DNA of 64,000 bases from Tetramitus jugosus (Eukaryota; Protista; Heterolobosea). Positions 23,903 through 37,000 of this stretch are shown here, piece after piece. Location: the NCBI GenBank assembly GCA_937625935.1, contig OW569387.1, forward strand, positions 1-64,000. Direction: 5' to 3'. Each line of letters begins with the position of its first letter. Positions within the stretch are counted from its first letter, which is position 1. The position numbers and the translations under genes are program-made. A model generated the notes under the pieces. It was not told the DNA's origin, made no database searches, and worked only from the letters and a program-made list of their open reading frames with translations.

Positions 23903-25278
23903 CGGAGTCGCTAATTCTTGTTGTTCCAGTGATTCTTTTGCCACACAGATTTTGTTGGGGAATCATGTTTAAATAGACATGTTGTACAGAGTGGAATGAG
24001 GTTTGTTGGTACATCATCATTAGTGGACTAGTAGATGGTATTTCCTGTCTGCATTGAGGGTATAAATAATGATACCTTTCCAATTCAGAAGACACAATGA
24101 GTGCCAGGGAACTCTTTGCAGTTGTTGAAGACACATTGAAAGATCATTTGGCAATATTGAAAGAATCACTAACGAGTGCCAAAGTGTATGTAGAGGTACA
24201 GAAGGTGAAGAATCTCGATGAAGAAAACAATCAAAGATGCTCTCTATTCTCTAATCAGAGTTCGCAAGATCTATATCAGTCAATTGTGAGTGACAGGCAA
24301 CACTCTCAATGATGTGTGTTTGAAACCTTGGAAGATATTAATTAAGGTCATGCTGGATGAAGAACGGCGACTTACTTCCCAATGAATCAAGGAAGTAAGT
24401 CTCAAGAAAGGAACAAAAATCTTTGACAATTAATTCAAAGCAGAGTTGAATGCAGAAAGGCAGATGCACTCAAGCATCGCCGCGTCTTTTGATCTCGAAT
24501 TTTTTTCTCCTCTCTTATTTCAAACTGGGTAAACAAACACATGGCAGAATCATCAAAGGAGAAGTGAAAGTATTTTAAAAGTTACTTATAAACGGGCTTT
24601 TTTTCTGAGTAGAACAGTTTTCTCAGTATATTATATGAAGTCTTATACTAAAAGAAATAAAATATCTATAATTATATATGATTTTTAATATTTACTAATT
24701 AATGTTGTTTATGATATTGTCGTTTGTCTTTGTTGGTATAGTATGTTTCAAACCGTCGAGTTTCCTGTCCTTCTAAATGTTCGAGGAGTTCGTGAGTTCC
24801 CTGGTCTCACTGTAAAGTTATTGAAAAAGACACCTACAAACATAGAGGTGATAATAATCTCGTTCCTTCTTGGTTTTGGTGACGTTTCTGTAATGTTGTA
24901 ACTGTGTTTTAAATCGGCACTCCCACTCCTTTACTTACATTCTTTTGTTCAATAAAATCACTCAAAGATGAATCCTTGTCGCTGGAATTGTTCAACGGTC
25001 AGCAGAATTCTGAAGGTCTGTCATTTCTAGCAATACCGTACCAAATGATGTTACACTACTCTACTAAGTAGGCCAACACCGGTAAAAGTTGGAAATTCGT
25101 GCAAGATTCGATGCATCTATTGACATACGTCTCAAGACAAAACACTCATAATATGTTTTGTGTAACCGTAAGAAAGACATATCGATGGTTGGGGTGATCC
25201 CACTATTGAATAATAACGTAATTAATTTCCTGTTTTTTATAAGGCCAAAAAAGATGTGAAAATGGTTTTTCTTTATCG

Positions 25279-27240
25279 TCAATTAAAAACAACTGCTTCT
25301 TCAAGCAATTCATCGTCCTCATCAAACTCTTGAGCGACATACTGCACAGCTTGTTCAATGATAAACTCATCATCATCATCATCATTCACCATCTTTGGTT
25401 TTGAATGATGCTGAACGACTGTCGCTTCCTCCAACAACCACCCATCAGCTACATGTTCCAACTCTTGTGCCTCTTGTTCTTCTTCATCGTCATCACTCTC
25501 ATCTTCATCATCGTCTTCATCATCATTGCACTCTAGTAACAATTGATCAAGTGACTTGGTAGGCAATGATGCAGCTGAACTACCTTTATTGGCATCAACC
25601 ACATCTTTTACAGATGAACGCAGTCCACTACTACTACCATTGGCAACAGCAGCAGCAACACTAGTGGTAGTAAACTCATCATCATATTCATCATCTTCAC
25701 CTGCTGCCACCACCGCCACCAATTCACTCTCATCATCATGATTGTCATCTCCACCACCACCACCACTATTATTATTATTATGATTCGTCTTGTTGCTGTT
25801 GTTGTTGTTGTTTGGATGGTGATAATGTGTAGTAGCCACATGCATCACAGTGGACAAATCAGTGGATTCATCTTCTTCCATCAACTCTTCAAATTCATCA
25901 TCATCATCATTTGAATTCACCAATTGTGGTTGTTGTTGCTGTACGATGGCACCTCTTCTTCTCTTCGGACCACCACTATTATGATCATTATTATTAGTAT
26001 TATTATTGGCAATAGCAGTTGCTAGTGATGATTGGAGAGAAGTGACTTGTGATTGCAAGAGTGATATCTGTTGATCGAGTACTTGAATTTGAACATCTTT
26101 CATCTCTAGTTGCTTCTTTTGTTTCTCAATGAGTTTCAACAGAGATTGAATGTACTGTTTAGATATGGCATTACTGCTACTACTACTACTACTGTTATGT
26201 TTTGGAGGTGGTGATGAACTAGTAGTAGTAGTAGTAGTAGATGTGACATTGGTATTCGCTTGAGTAGTAGTAGGTGATGATGATGAATTGAGATCATTCA
26301 TGACTGCATCTCGTCTCTTTCTCAATCCACTACTACTATTATTATCATCATCATCATCATCAACAACTACATTGTTGTTATTGTTGATTGAATCTCTTGT
26401 CTTGGTTGTTGTTGTTGTTGTTGGTGTTGGTGTTGTAGGAGTCATCGTAGTAGCAGTTGTAGGAGTAGTAGGAGTACTGTTAGTGCTTGTGCTTGTTGTT
26501 AATGGAGTGAGAGGTCGCTTGATCTGAGCAGCAGCAGCAGTACTTGTAGTAGTAGTAGTCGTAGTAGTAGTATTGCTAGTGTTGATGGAAGTCAATGGTT
26601 TCAATGATGTTGTTGTTGATGTTCTTGACATTTTGGTTGGAATCATAGTAGTAGTAGTAGTAGTAGTACTCGATGGTGGAGGTGCACTAGTGGTGGTGGT
26701 TGTCTTACTAGTAGTAGTACTGCACTGAATAGAAGCATTGTAATCAATGACATCCACTGAACAGTCTACCAACAGTGACAACACTGGTCCTCTATACAAT
26801 TTCTTTGATTGACAAATCATTGCCAATTCAACAACCATTTGAAACACTATTCTCACAATAGAATCATTACTATCACTACTACTACCATTACTACTACTAC
26901 TATCATTACTGTGATACAATAGTTGCATCATTTGTGATAGAGAGGGAACAACTATTGTTGTTGTTGTTGTTGATGATGAAAAGAGTTGATTGCACTCGTT
27001 GATGATGGTTTGATAATTTTCTTGATGTGAAATGAGATCACTTGGATTTCTCACATGATTAATAAATCGAAGTTTGGCTTTGGAGATGACTTTGATGAGC
27101 AGTGTGCCATCTTTCATGTCATTGTGAATGAATTGATCAATGGTCAATGATTGTTGTTGTTGTGATGGTGATGTTTTGGTCAATTCCAACATCCATTGAA
27201 TGCATTGTTGGACATGCTCTGTACAAGTTACTTGTGACAT
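25279..27240 (-). CDS. Calponin-homology-like domain + low-complexity + coiled-coil protein
   Basis: CIQWM...DMKDGTLLIKVI...ENYQTIINEC fits a CH domain. Followed by poly-T/S/N tracts, a coiled coil (YIQSLLKLIEKQKKQLEMKD...) and an acidic tail. Confidence 0.7.
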   Translation of the reverse strand: MSQVTCTEHVQQCIQWMLELTKTSPSQQQQSLTIDQFIHNDMKDGTLLIKVISKAKLRFINHVRNPSDLISHQENYQTIINECNQLFSSSTTTTTIVVPSLSQMMQLLYHSNDSSSSNGSSSDSNDSIVRIVFQMVVELAMICQSKKLYRGPVLSLLVDCSVDVIDYNASIQCSTTTSKTTTTTSAPPPSSTTTTTTTMIPTKMSRTSTTTSLKPLTSINTSNTTTTTTTTTSTAAAAQIKRPLTPLTTSTSTNSTPTTPTTATTMTPTTPTPTTTTTTKTRDSINNNNNVVVDDDDDDNNSSSGLRKRRDAVMNDLNSSSSPTTTQANTNVTSTTTTTTSSSPPPKHNSSSSSSSNAISKQYIQSLLKLIEKQKKQLEMKDVQIQVLDQQISLLQSQVTSLQSSLATAIANNNTNNNDHNSGGPKRRRGAIVQQQQPQLVNSNDDDDEFEELMEEDESTDLSTVMHVATTHYHHPNNNNNSNKTNHNNNNSGGGGGDDNHDDESELVAVVAAGEDDEYDDEFTTTSVAAAVANGSSSGLRSSVKDVVDANKGSSAASLPTKSLDQLLLECNDDEDDDEDESDDDEEEQEAQELEHVADGWLLEEATVVQHHSKPKMVNDDDDDEFIIEQAVQYVAQEFDEDDELLEEAVVFN

Positions 27241-27397
27241 GTTTGTGCTTTTGTTGTTGTTGTTTGGTTTTTTTGTTGGCTCGACTCTTGACAAGTGACG
27301 TGACTGTTCGCGACACTAGAATAACTCCGTGCATCCTCCGGACAGTAGATCTACAAAAGAACCAGTGCTTCTTGTCTGTCTGGGTGTGTTTTTCTTT

Positions 27398-28940
27398 TTA
27401 TTTGTTGCTACTGCTTCCTGCTCCAATAGAAAAGCTTCTCTTGTGACTCTTCACCGGTTTCAACACAGTCTTCTTCCTCTCTCGGTCCACAACAAATAAC
27501 TTGTTCAATAGTGTGATCAGTGCATCGACATCACACGTCACATACTCACCAAACTTTATCGTCTTTTCCTTGTTGGCCTGCCTAATCAATAGATCATTTA
27601 GATCGAGCTCTATGGACTCAATCGTCTTGGCCAAGACGGTAACTGTAACATTGAACTTTCCAGGGACCTGGCAAGAGAAGTACACTTTGACCATTTTCAG
27701 TCTGTTTGACAGAGGAATGTTAGTTGTCATCACGTGTGATACACATCATGAATAAGAATCAAAAATAATACAATTGATGTGATTACATACGCTGCCTTAT
27801 CTAGAGAAACACTGGTAATCACCTTCTTCTTCTGAAGCTCCTTAAACTTGAAAGTATAGGGTCCCAAGATGACATCGACAGGCAATGCAGATGCAGAGAA
27901 TAGGGATGATGGTGATGAGAATTCGTTCATTGGTGACGTTACCACTGAATCACCAACATTGCTCTCGAGCGATGTTGCTGCTGTGCTAGATGACGATGCT
28001 TGCTGTTGTTGTGTTGATGCTGGAGGATTCTTTTGTTTCTTTGATCCTCTTCTGAGCAGGGAGAAGGCTCCTGAGGAGGAGTTGCTGCTAGTAGAACCAC
28101 TGCTACTACCATCTCCTCCTCTCACAAACGTCTTATTGAGCGTGTTTGTGAGATAGACATTATACATTTCGAGTTGAGAATTGAGATAGGTGCGTCTCGA
28201 AGTGACCTCTCTCAGCGCACTCTCCAATGCACTCAACTTTTGTTCCAGTTCCTTCTTGTATTTGATCTTTTGCTCCAACTCGGACAGAATATCATCCAGA
28301 ATCGACTGTTCTATATTCTCCCAGTTCTCTTCACTGGAAATGAGCTCTTCCTGATGAGTCAACTCTGCCACCTTATTCAACAGTTTGAGACCTTGGTTAA
28401 TGCGGTGAGCCAGCTCAGGATCATGACTGTTCTCTGCCATGGCTCTACCTGCATTCAACACTTCAGTCAATGGCCTAAAACGTATTTGTGATGGCAGAGC
28501 AGCAGTTGCAGTTGCAGTCGAGGGAGAATTGAATAGTAGTAAGGAACCATTGTGACTGCTACTCGTTGGAGTCGTAGGAGTTGTCGTGGCAGTTGTCGAA
28601 GTATTCGCACCACAGTCTGTCGTTACCAATGACAATGGTGAGGGTGAAAGGGATGATGTGCGTTGAGCCTTGACAAAGTCGCGTGGTGATAGACAGAAAT
28701 CGGACGGGAGTGGTGGTAAATCTCTCAGAATACCGCTTATGCTCTGTCTGACTTGCTTCTTCAACTCTGCAGAGTTGTGAACCGTCAGTTTGGAGTCATC
28801 GGTTTTCAATAGGGCATTCTCCCAGAACACACGATGAGGATTGCTCTTCTTTGTATGGCCACCACCACCACCACCAGCATTACGACTACCACCGGTGAGT
28901 TGATTGTTGCTTTCGGCATCAATCTGAATCACCGGTTGTA

Positions 28941-28974
<34 letters not shown>

Positions 28975-31900
28975 CGATATGACTTGAATGGTAGAATCAC
29001 TCGCATTGTTCTCATCACTCTGTTCATCATCCTTGGTCGATAATGATGACGATGACGATGATGATGCAACACTGACAACACCTGTAATCTCCTGGAGAGA
29101 CATTTTACTCCTGGGAGACAGCATGGAAGAACCGTTGTCACCATCACTTGCACCTCTCTCACCTGAACTACCACCACTACCATGTGTCTGTGTTGTTGTT
29201 GTTGTTGTTGCCTGAGCTCTCATTGGACTCTTCAATCTCAAATTAAAGTAATAATTGTCCTTGGCAGGCAATGGCTCTGGTGGTGGTCCGAGTCGAGCCA
29301 ACTCTATAATGATACGCCTGGCTGGATCATGTGGATGAGGTGCAATTGAATTCATATTGTCACTGCACAGTCCATGCAACAGTGATACTTCGTTGAATGA
29401 AATGTTGATACTCTTGAGATCAGGACTGGACAATTCCAACAATTGCTCCATTTCTAATTGATCAGCTGCCAAATCCGTATCGACACTCGATATCAACTGT
29501 TCAAAGTACGTGCGCATCTTTGGTGCATACTTGATGAGAATTGGATTGAGAGCAACCATGTACTGTTCCTTGGCACCAAACAACACTCCATTACTCAAAT
29601 TCTGAATCACCTTGCAAATCATGGTCAAATTCTTTCGTTGTGTCGTAGTCAACTTTTGTGACACAATGTTCACTGATGGTGTATCGCATGTCGATATGGC
29701 AGGATTCAAGAATCGAAGGAACACCAATCCACCGACTAGACTGTAGACTTCGGATTCCATTTCTGCTTCTTGTTGCGCCAGTTGTCGCTGTTGACGTTCA
29801 CTCTCATCCAGGATATCATCATCATCATTATCATCATCCACATCACTGACATCATTTTGAGAAAGAGCAGAATAGATGGGAATCTTCTTTTCGAGGTGAG
29901 AAGTGGCCATCAATATTGAACTTCGACTGTCATTCATCATCATGTGATCATTATCCATACCATTCAATTGTTGTTCGAGCTTCTTTCTCCTGACAAATTG
30001 CATACCATGTTCAAAAATCTTTTTGCACATGAATCGTACGCCATATGGTGTTTCATTCACTCGTTCGAATATCCATGTCAAGAACAGTGAGACATAGTGT
30101 TCAATCAGTGCATATCTCGGTTCAACCAACTGCTTGACCAACTCGTGTTCTTCTGCTTCCTTTTGTGTGACAGTCTCTTTGAGTGTTGCCATCATTTCAT
30201 TCCTCTTATTGTTATCATTTGTATTATTAGTATTATTAGTGTTGTGATCACTGTTTCTCTTGTTTGATGATGATGACTGTTGATTGTTTTGTTGTTGTTT
30301 ATGATAATCAGCCAACAATTCTGAATAGACTTTTGTTGGATTAATCTCCAAATTCAATTCTTCCACCAAGGTTGTTGCACTACTATTACTACTATTACTA
30401 TTATTACTAGTGTTATTGTTAGTGTGATTGTTGTGATTGTGATGAATGATACAGTGAATGGGATGAGAGAGAACATCGACCAAGTATTGATGATAGGTGG
30501 AACGACGCAACACTGCACTCAACATTTTTGTAAATGCAGTGTTACTTCTCATGAATTCACCAATGTTTGCACAATTGGCATACTCTTCAATCAATACACT
30601 CTCAAACAATTGGAGCAACAAGTTTTCTTCTCTCGAGTCAAACTGATCTCCAAACAGTGTAAATATCACAGTCTGTAACAACACGTCCACATTTTCTATA
30701 ATTATGTGATTGTTGTTGTTGTTGTTATTTGTGATTGTATATGACGATGATTGATGTTTTGTTCGTATGGTTGTGTGTGTGTCAGTTCTGTGTTTTTTCC
30801 ATGATGTTTTGTCCACACAAAAACAAGAATACAAAAAAATATAACACACAAACAACAACAACAAGAAGAATACAATCAAAAATGACAACATACTGCCTCT
30901 GACAATTCGAGTCAATCGAGCCAAATGCTCCGGATTCGTCCGAAACACATAAAACAATTGTTCATACAATTGAAGTACATCGAATCGAATGTGAGAATCA
31001 TCCTTGTGTTTCATCTTGACCTTTTCATTCGAATGCTCCACAATGCTTGTCATGTCCTCTGCTGCCAAATGATTCTTGATCAAGAGTCGAATCTTGTGAT
31101 TGAGAATCTCAGTCTGTTGTTCAATGACCCAATTGTGTTTCACTTGAACAATCAAGTGAGATTTGAGAAGTGATACTCGTTCATAGAGTCGAATCAGTTG
31201 GTCATGAATGTCATTGGATGAATTCATCATTGTTTTGATTGTTGTTTCATTGTCATCACTTGTTGTTGTTGTTGCATTGGTGGTGATGGTGGTGGTAGTT
31301 GCATTGGTATTCTCACTTGAATCATTCTTGTCTTCTGCTATTGTTGTTGTTGTTGTAAGGGTGTGAGGAGGAGTGGTAGTAGTAGGAGTAGTAGGAATGT
31401 TGAGTGATAGGGATGGAATATTGTCATGATTAGTATGATTGACGACGTCGTAGGAAGTAGTAGTAGTGGTGGCTAGTGCTGGTGGTGGTGGTGATGTCTG
31501 ATGAACCAACAATTGTTTTAATTTGGATTGCAATTGTTGAATGGTAATTTTACGTGATGCCACCACTGAACTATCAACTCTTTTTCTCTGGGCTACATCT
31601 TCATCGACTATGTTTGCTGATGTTGTTTTGATGATGATGGGTGTATATGTTGTTGTTGTTGATGTGTCAATGATTGTTGGAGATGAAGATGCAGAGGATG
31701 ATGATGGGGATGAAGAGAATGATGATGCTTCTTCTTCTACTGCTGCTGCTGTTGTTGTTGATTGATTTGTTTCTTGTTGCTGTTGCTGGATGTCATGATT
31801 GTTTAATTCATGATGAATCTCTTGTTGCTGCTGCTGCTCCTGTTGTGTCTCTTGTTGTGACTCTCCTCCAACTGTTGTTGTTGTTGTTGCTGTGTTATCG

Positions 31901-32082
31901 CTCGTATGATTCATCTCACTTACATCATGACTGCTATGATTGCTCTTATTATGATGATGATGACCACCATCACCCACTGATGCATCAACCAGTGGTGGTA
32001 AAGTTGTTGATGATGCTTCAGTCGTTTCAGTAGTACAGGTCTCAGTAGTTGTTGATGATGATGATGCTGGTCCAGAGTCCAT
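27398..32082 (-). CDS. IQGAP-related RasGAP (RasGAP + RasGAP_C; Gap1/IqgC-like); exons 32082-30894, 30695-27791, 27701-27398
   Basis: LYEQLFYVFRTNPEHLARL, REENLLLQLF, arginine finger FMRSNT, PYGVRFMCK, GGLVFLRFLNPAI, KVIQNLSN and C-terminal GPYTFKFKELQKKKVI. Introns 30696-30893 and 27702-27790 are GTATGT..AG. Confidence 0.92.
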
Positions 32083-33095
32083 TTTGTGTCTGTTTTTAGT
32101 AGTATTCTATTTATTATTATTATTATGATATCAGAGTGTAGAATTCGGACTAAATTGAATTTGTTTTTTGGGATTTGTTGTTCTTTGTTTGAGAAGGGTG
32201 TTGTTGCTGTTGGATGTTGTTAAAAGTGAGATAATGTTTTATGAAAGGTGTTGTTTGGGACGCTTCGAGAAAAGCGGGGTATCGATGACACTCACTAAAA
32301 AAACTTCGCTTCGATTTCACAGCAACGACTGGAATGTGTGCTTGGTTGTTGTTGTTGGTTTGTTTGTTTCTTTCCTGTGCTTTGTGAAACAATATTGGTT
32401 GTTGGTTGTGTTGGTGCACGTGGGGGATAATGACGAAACACCCAAGGCTAAGAAATCAGGTTGGGGACGTGATATCAATGGACAAGAGGAGCGGCGACCA
32501 CACAAAAAGGTGAAGAAGAAAATGGTGGGCAAGGATTTGGCCTACTCAACAGTGGGAAACTCTCCCTTGAAATCTTTGTTGGGACAACCACATGGAATCT
32601 ACCCCGACAGAAAGCCGTTCAGTTGTGAAAAGTGACGAAGGATGTCTATCCCGACTTTTCATTTCTGCGCTTGTAATTACTCCGCTTGAATTCCGATTCG
32701 CTGCTGGATAGCACAAGGGAAGCGACATTGAAGTTTTACTCTCCACATCTTGTTCTTTATTCATTCACTCCAACCTGGGGTACATCACCTGCGGGGATGA
32801 CCATAGATAGGGGTGCACTTGTTTTGAAGATCTTCCTAATCATATCCTGGTTCGGCCATTGGAAGGAAAAACATTCAGGAAAACATTCACGCGCACGTAT
32901 TGTTTTTCCAGCTCCTTGAGGAGGAAGTGAGAATTAGGATTTCCAGGAGGAAGTGAGAATAGGGAACACCATGACCAGAGAGACAGATCTGAATATAAAA
33001 CCTGGAGTGCAACGAGCAAAGACATTCTGTGGAACAAGCAGTGAGAAACATTAACAAAAAGAATTGATTCGCGAATCAACAGAGTTATCTTCATC

Positions 33096-33998
33096 ATGTT
33101 ACTTCAAGAGTTACAGATGCTTTACCAACAACAATATAACATCTACTATTACTACTACCAATACTACTATTACTGTTACTATTATTACTATTGTAACACT
33201 CACGGTTCGTACGACAGTGTGCTCAACATTATGCAGGACTATGTTTGCAACTATTATTACTCTTGTCATGAAGGATTGAGAGGAGTCAACAACGGGACAA
33301 GGTTGTATCGTTGGATGGGAGAGTTCTATTGGATTCAGAATTTGGCCAGTTTACTTTATTCGTTGTCTCTTCTGGCCATTCATGTGAGCATTCGTCCATA
33401 TGAACAACATTACAACCGAGTCATGCTCTGTCTGAGAGTTGTTTTCTATTTCTTAGCAACGTATTCGATTGTCAAGTGGTTGCATGAACGAGTGTTTGGG
33501 CACCATGGTTTCCATCAAATCAACAAGAGTAGCATTTCAACTCAACACCATGTTGAACCGACAACCACAAATCAAGACAGAGAGAAGAGAACAAGTCAAA
33601 GGTTGGTGGACTCACATGTGAACATGAACTATCATGGAGAGGAGCTATTGAACAAGTCAAGTATCACAGCGAGTGATCTTTCACGGACTATTCTTTCTAA
33701 TGGTGAACTCAACGAGCTGTTGACACGACCCAACACCAACATTGCAATGACAGGATTCATTCTGAAAGAGATGAGACCAATACTGGAATCAGATCTCTTG
33801 TTTCGGGTAATTGAAAAAGGGTCTTGTCGGCTACTGAGCTGTTTTGACGGAGTACTCTGTCAAAGGATTCAGCTACTCAGTCAATACGATCCATCCATTC
33901 TTCAAAATGTGAATCGGGATGGTCTGACAGTTGCACAGATATTTGAATACAATCGATCTCTCATTCGGAATGAGCAGATGAAACACCAGAAGTTGTGA
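33096..33998 (+). CDS. Hypothetical membrane protein with Tyr-rich N-terminus
   Basis: 300-aa ORF with two hydrophobic helices and an ankyrin-like C-terminal NRDGLTVAQI. Confidence 0.5.
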   Translation: MLLQELQMLYQQQYNIYYYYYQYYYYCYYYYYCNTHGSYDSVLNIMQDYVCNYYYSCHEGLRGVNNGTRLYRWMGEFYWIQNLASLLYSLSLLAIHVSIRPYEQHYNRVMLCLRVVFYFLATYSIVKWLHERVFGHHGFHQINKSSISTQHHVEPTTTNQDREKRTSQRLVDSHVNMNYHGEELLNKSSITASDLSRTILSNGELNELLTRPNTNIAMTGFILKEMRPILESDLLFRVIEKGSCRLLSCFDGVLCQRIQLLSQYDPSILQNVNRDGLTVAQIFEYNRSLIRNEQMKHQKL

Positions 33999-34082
33999 CT
34001 TCAGGATCAGGGGTGAGAAGTGAACAATCAAGGAATTAGAGGACAATAAAGAAGAGTACAACGACAAAAATCATAATGTGTT

Positions 34083-37000
34083 CTATTCAGGAGTGGGTGG
34101 TGGGTGATACTCCTTCAAGTTTGCCCAATTGGGACCAATTTGTAGCTTCACAGGTGTATTGACGAGGAGAGGAGGTATTACAGTATATTGTCCACGGATA
34201 GGAGTCACGGCAGCATCCTCCATATTTTTCTTCACTAGTAATGCAACCATATCTATGCTATCTTTTCGGACTTCGAATATCAATTCATCATGAATCTGGA
34301 GAATCAATGTGGCAATGGGCTTTTCTTGCTTGTGATTCATCTTCTCCAGATCGTGGAATATGTTGATCATGGCAATTTTTATGAGATCTGCTGCCGAGCC
34401 TTGGCAAATGGTACTCAAGGCTTTCCTTCTGGCTGAAGCTTGGTCATCTGGATTCTTTGATTTGGAGTCTTCAAGATATCTCCTTCTCCCTGACAGAGTC
34501 TGAACATAACCTTTTTGTTCTAACATTTCGGGAACAACTTTTCGAGTATAATTTCGAATCGCTGGAAAACGTGTCATTAGTGTTTCAATATATTGTCGAG
34601 CGTCGTCAGTGTAATCTGCTTTCAGATCGACAATTGTACTAGATTTTTCTCTCATGTCCTTGATCGATTCACCCAACCGTTTAGCACCCATGCCATACAT
34701 GATTCCGTAGAAAACAGTTTTAACAGTATCTCTTTCCTCACTTGTAACATCTTCAACACTGTCATGAGAGAAGAATTCACACGCAATCTCCTCAAACAAG
34801 TCTCTCTTATGTTCTTTCATGATATTGATGAGAGTTGAATCACTAGCTAAATGAGCCATCATTCGACATTCAATTTGTCTATAATCAGCACTCATGAGTA
34901 AGTAATTTGTTGGATCTGAGGCCACAAATCCCTTCCTAACATTGATATTAATCGATTCACCGTTCATCCCCTCTATAGTAATAGCATGAGGAATATTTTG
35001 AAGATTGGGATTGATGACTGCCAATCGACCTGTTTCTGATGCTATTTGAACTTGAGAAGCAAAAATTTTCTCGGTTTGATCGTCTACATTATACACAATA
35101 TGCTGACTGGTAAACGAACTCAGCTGTTTGCTCAACAAACTTGAAAGACTTCTGAATTCTTGAATATGACAGATTATCTTTGAAACGTCAGGATCAGAGG
35201 CATATTGCTTCCGAAGTTTCAGTAGCGATTCTTTGTCCGTTGCTCTCTTGGTACCAGTGGGACAATCTAGTTTTAGGTGGATGAATAGCATTTCTCCTAC
35301 CTTTTTGGGTGATTGAAGGTCTTTCAGTGAGAATAGGATTCCTTTTTGTTCTAATACACGCTCTATCTCCCGAACGATATGCTTTTTTCTCTCAGTTACT
35401 TGATCTCTAATCTGAGGTAAAACCTTCGAGTCAAATGCAAATCCATTGTATTCCATAATGGCCAACACAGGTATCAACTTCATTTCCAGCTTATCAAAAG
35501 GAGACAAAAGATTTGAGTTGGACATAACAGTTCTTAAGTAGATTCCAAGTCTGGTAGCATGAATCGCCATGGTACATTGCTCTGGGACTCCACGATATTG
35601 TCGCTCCAGATCAGCCTGATTCGTCGGGGAGGTCATTGCATTTGTCATGTGAGATCTGTATATAACATCCAAGGAGTCTCTATTTTTCTTCTTTTCATCC
35701 GGTTTCAAAATCCAATCTGCTATCTGTACATCGACAAAACCATGAAAAGAACCAATGACAATTCCATGTTCATACAAGACTTTCCATTGTTCTTTGATAC
35801 AGAAGGAGAACAATCTATTGTCTGTTCGACTCTGAAAGAACTTGGAGATAACATTTCTTAGAATTGGATCGATGGGATCTCCAAGTTTCAAGTAGAAGAC
35901 CTTATCAATCAACTCAACACCATTTTCGTTGATCTTAGGGAAGCAGAATGAGATTCCACTGACTTTTGTTTGTGCTTTGGACTTATGAACACTCTGCTTA
36001 ATTATACAAGGTTTAATCTCCAAGGAATGCACGAGAAATCCTATTGATCGTTGACTACTGAGCTCATGGAATAGCCTAACAATGGTTACTTTGTCATCCT
36101 GTAAATTATCTCCTCGAAGGACTTCCACATGGTATGGAACTTCATAATTATGTTGTAATGGTTTGGAACATACCATAGAGAAGGGTTTCTTTTGTTCTAC
36201 GGTGGCAGGAGTGACAGGCGGTGGTGGTGGAGTATCAGGTGAATGAGTTTCATTCGTTATATTGGAAAGGGCTGCTCGTGTAGCAATTGCGTCAACTTTT
36301 TGTTTCTTGGAATTCTCAGGTTGATGCTCTGTAAGTGTGAGAACGAGTTTTCTCTTGGCTGATGAATTTGTTCGACTTGATGGAGTGGATATCTGTTTCC
36401 CTAAGCTCTTCCTTTGGGTGTATTGGGAGATAAAGGATTTATCGGGTGAACAATACGCAATTCTATGTTGGGTGTTCTTCGAGGGACTCATCACCCCGAT
36501 AGGAGCATCTCTCTGTGGGCGATCAGATATCAAATTAACTAAAGTTTCCCTGCTTTGGGCGTCTGCGGATTTCATCATCTGTCGTGCATATGTCACTACT
36601 TGTTTCGCAATCTTTTCTTCCACCTTCATCTTTCCTAAATATTCGGATGTATCATTCGAGTGAGGTATGAGACTATGAAAAGCGTGGGTCACTTGTTCGA
36701 ATCTGGCCGAAGCAATCTTACTAATTGTATCATAACCTCGATTAAATAAAACTCTCGCTCGATTGACAGTCATATCAGGTATCATACAAATTTCTACCAA
36801 CTCGGAACGAACTCCATATTGCAATCTTTGGCAGCAATTAGAGAATATGGACGCTAAGTTTGCCCAACCCAGGGCATAACACATGCTTGTTATCATATTG
36901 GCGAAGGTTGAGGCGGTTTTCTGGAAAGATTGTATTTGTCCTCGAGGCAAATCAAATTGTTGAGAGACATCAACAATAGATTTTTCGTCAGCCAACTCTG

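Noticed and set aside
25556-32033. Many antisense ORFs rich in V/L/M/C (also 48292-49487 and 56254-56971)
   Set aside because: Shadows of trinucleotide low-complexity tracts in the real genes.
32150-33095. Short ORFs between RasGAP and the Tyr-rich gene (also 51350-51740 and 54200-54960)
   Set aside because: No recognisable motif. Probably promoter/UTR or unidentifiable remnants.
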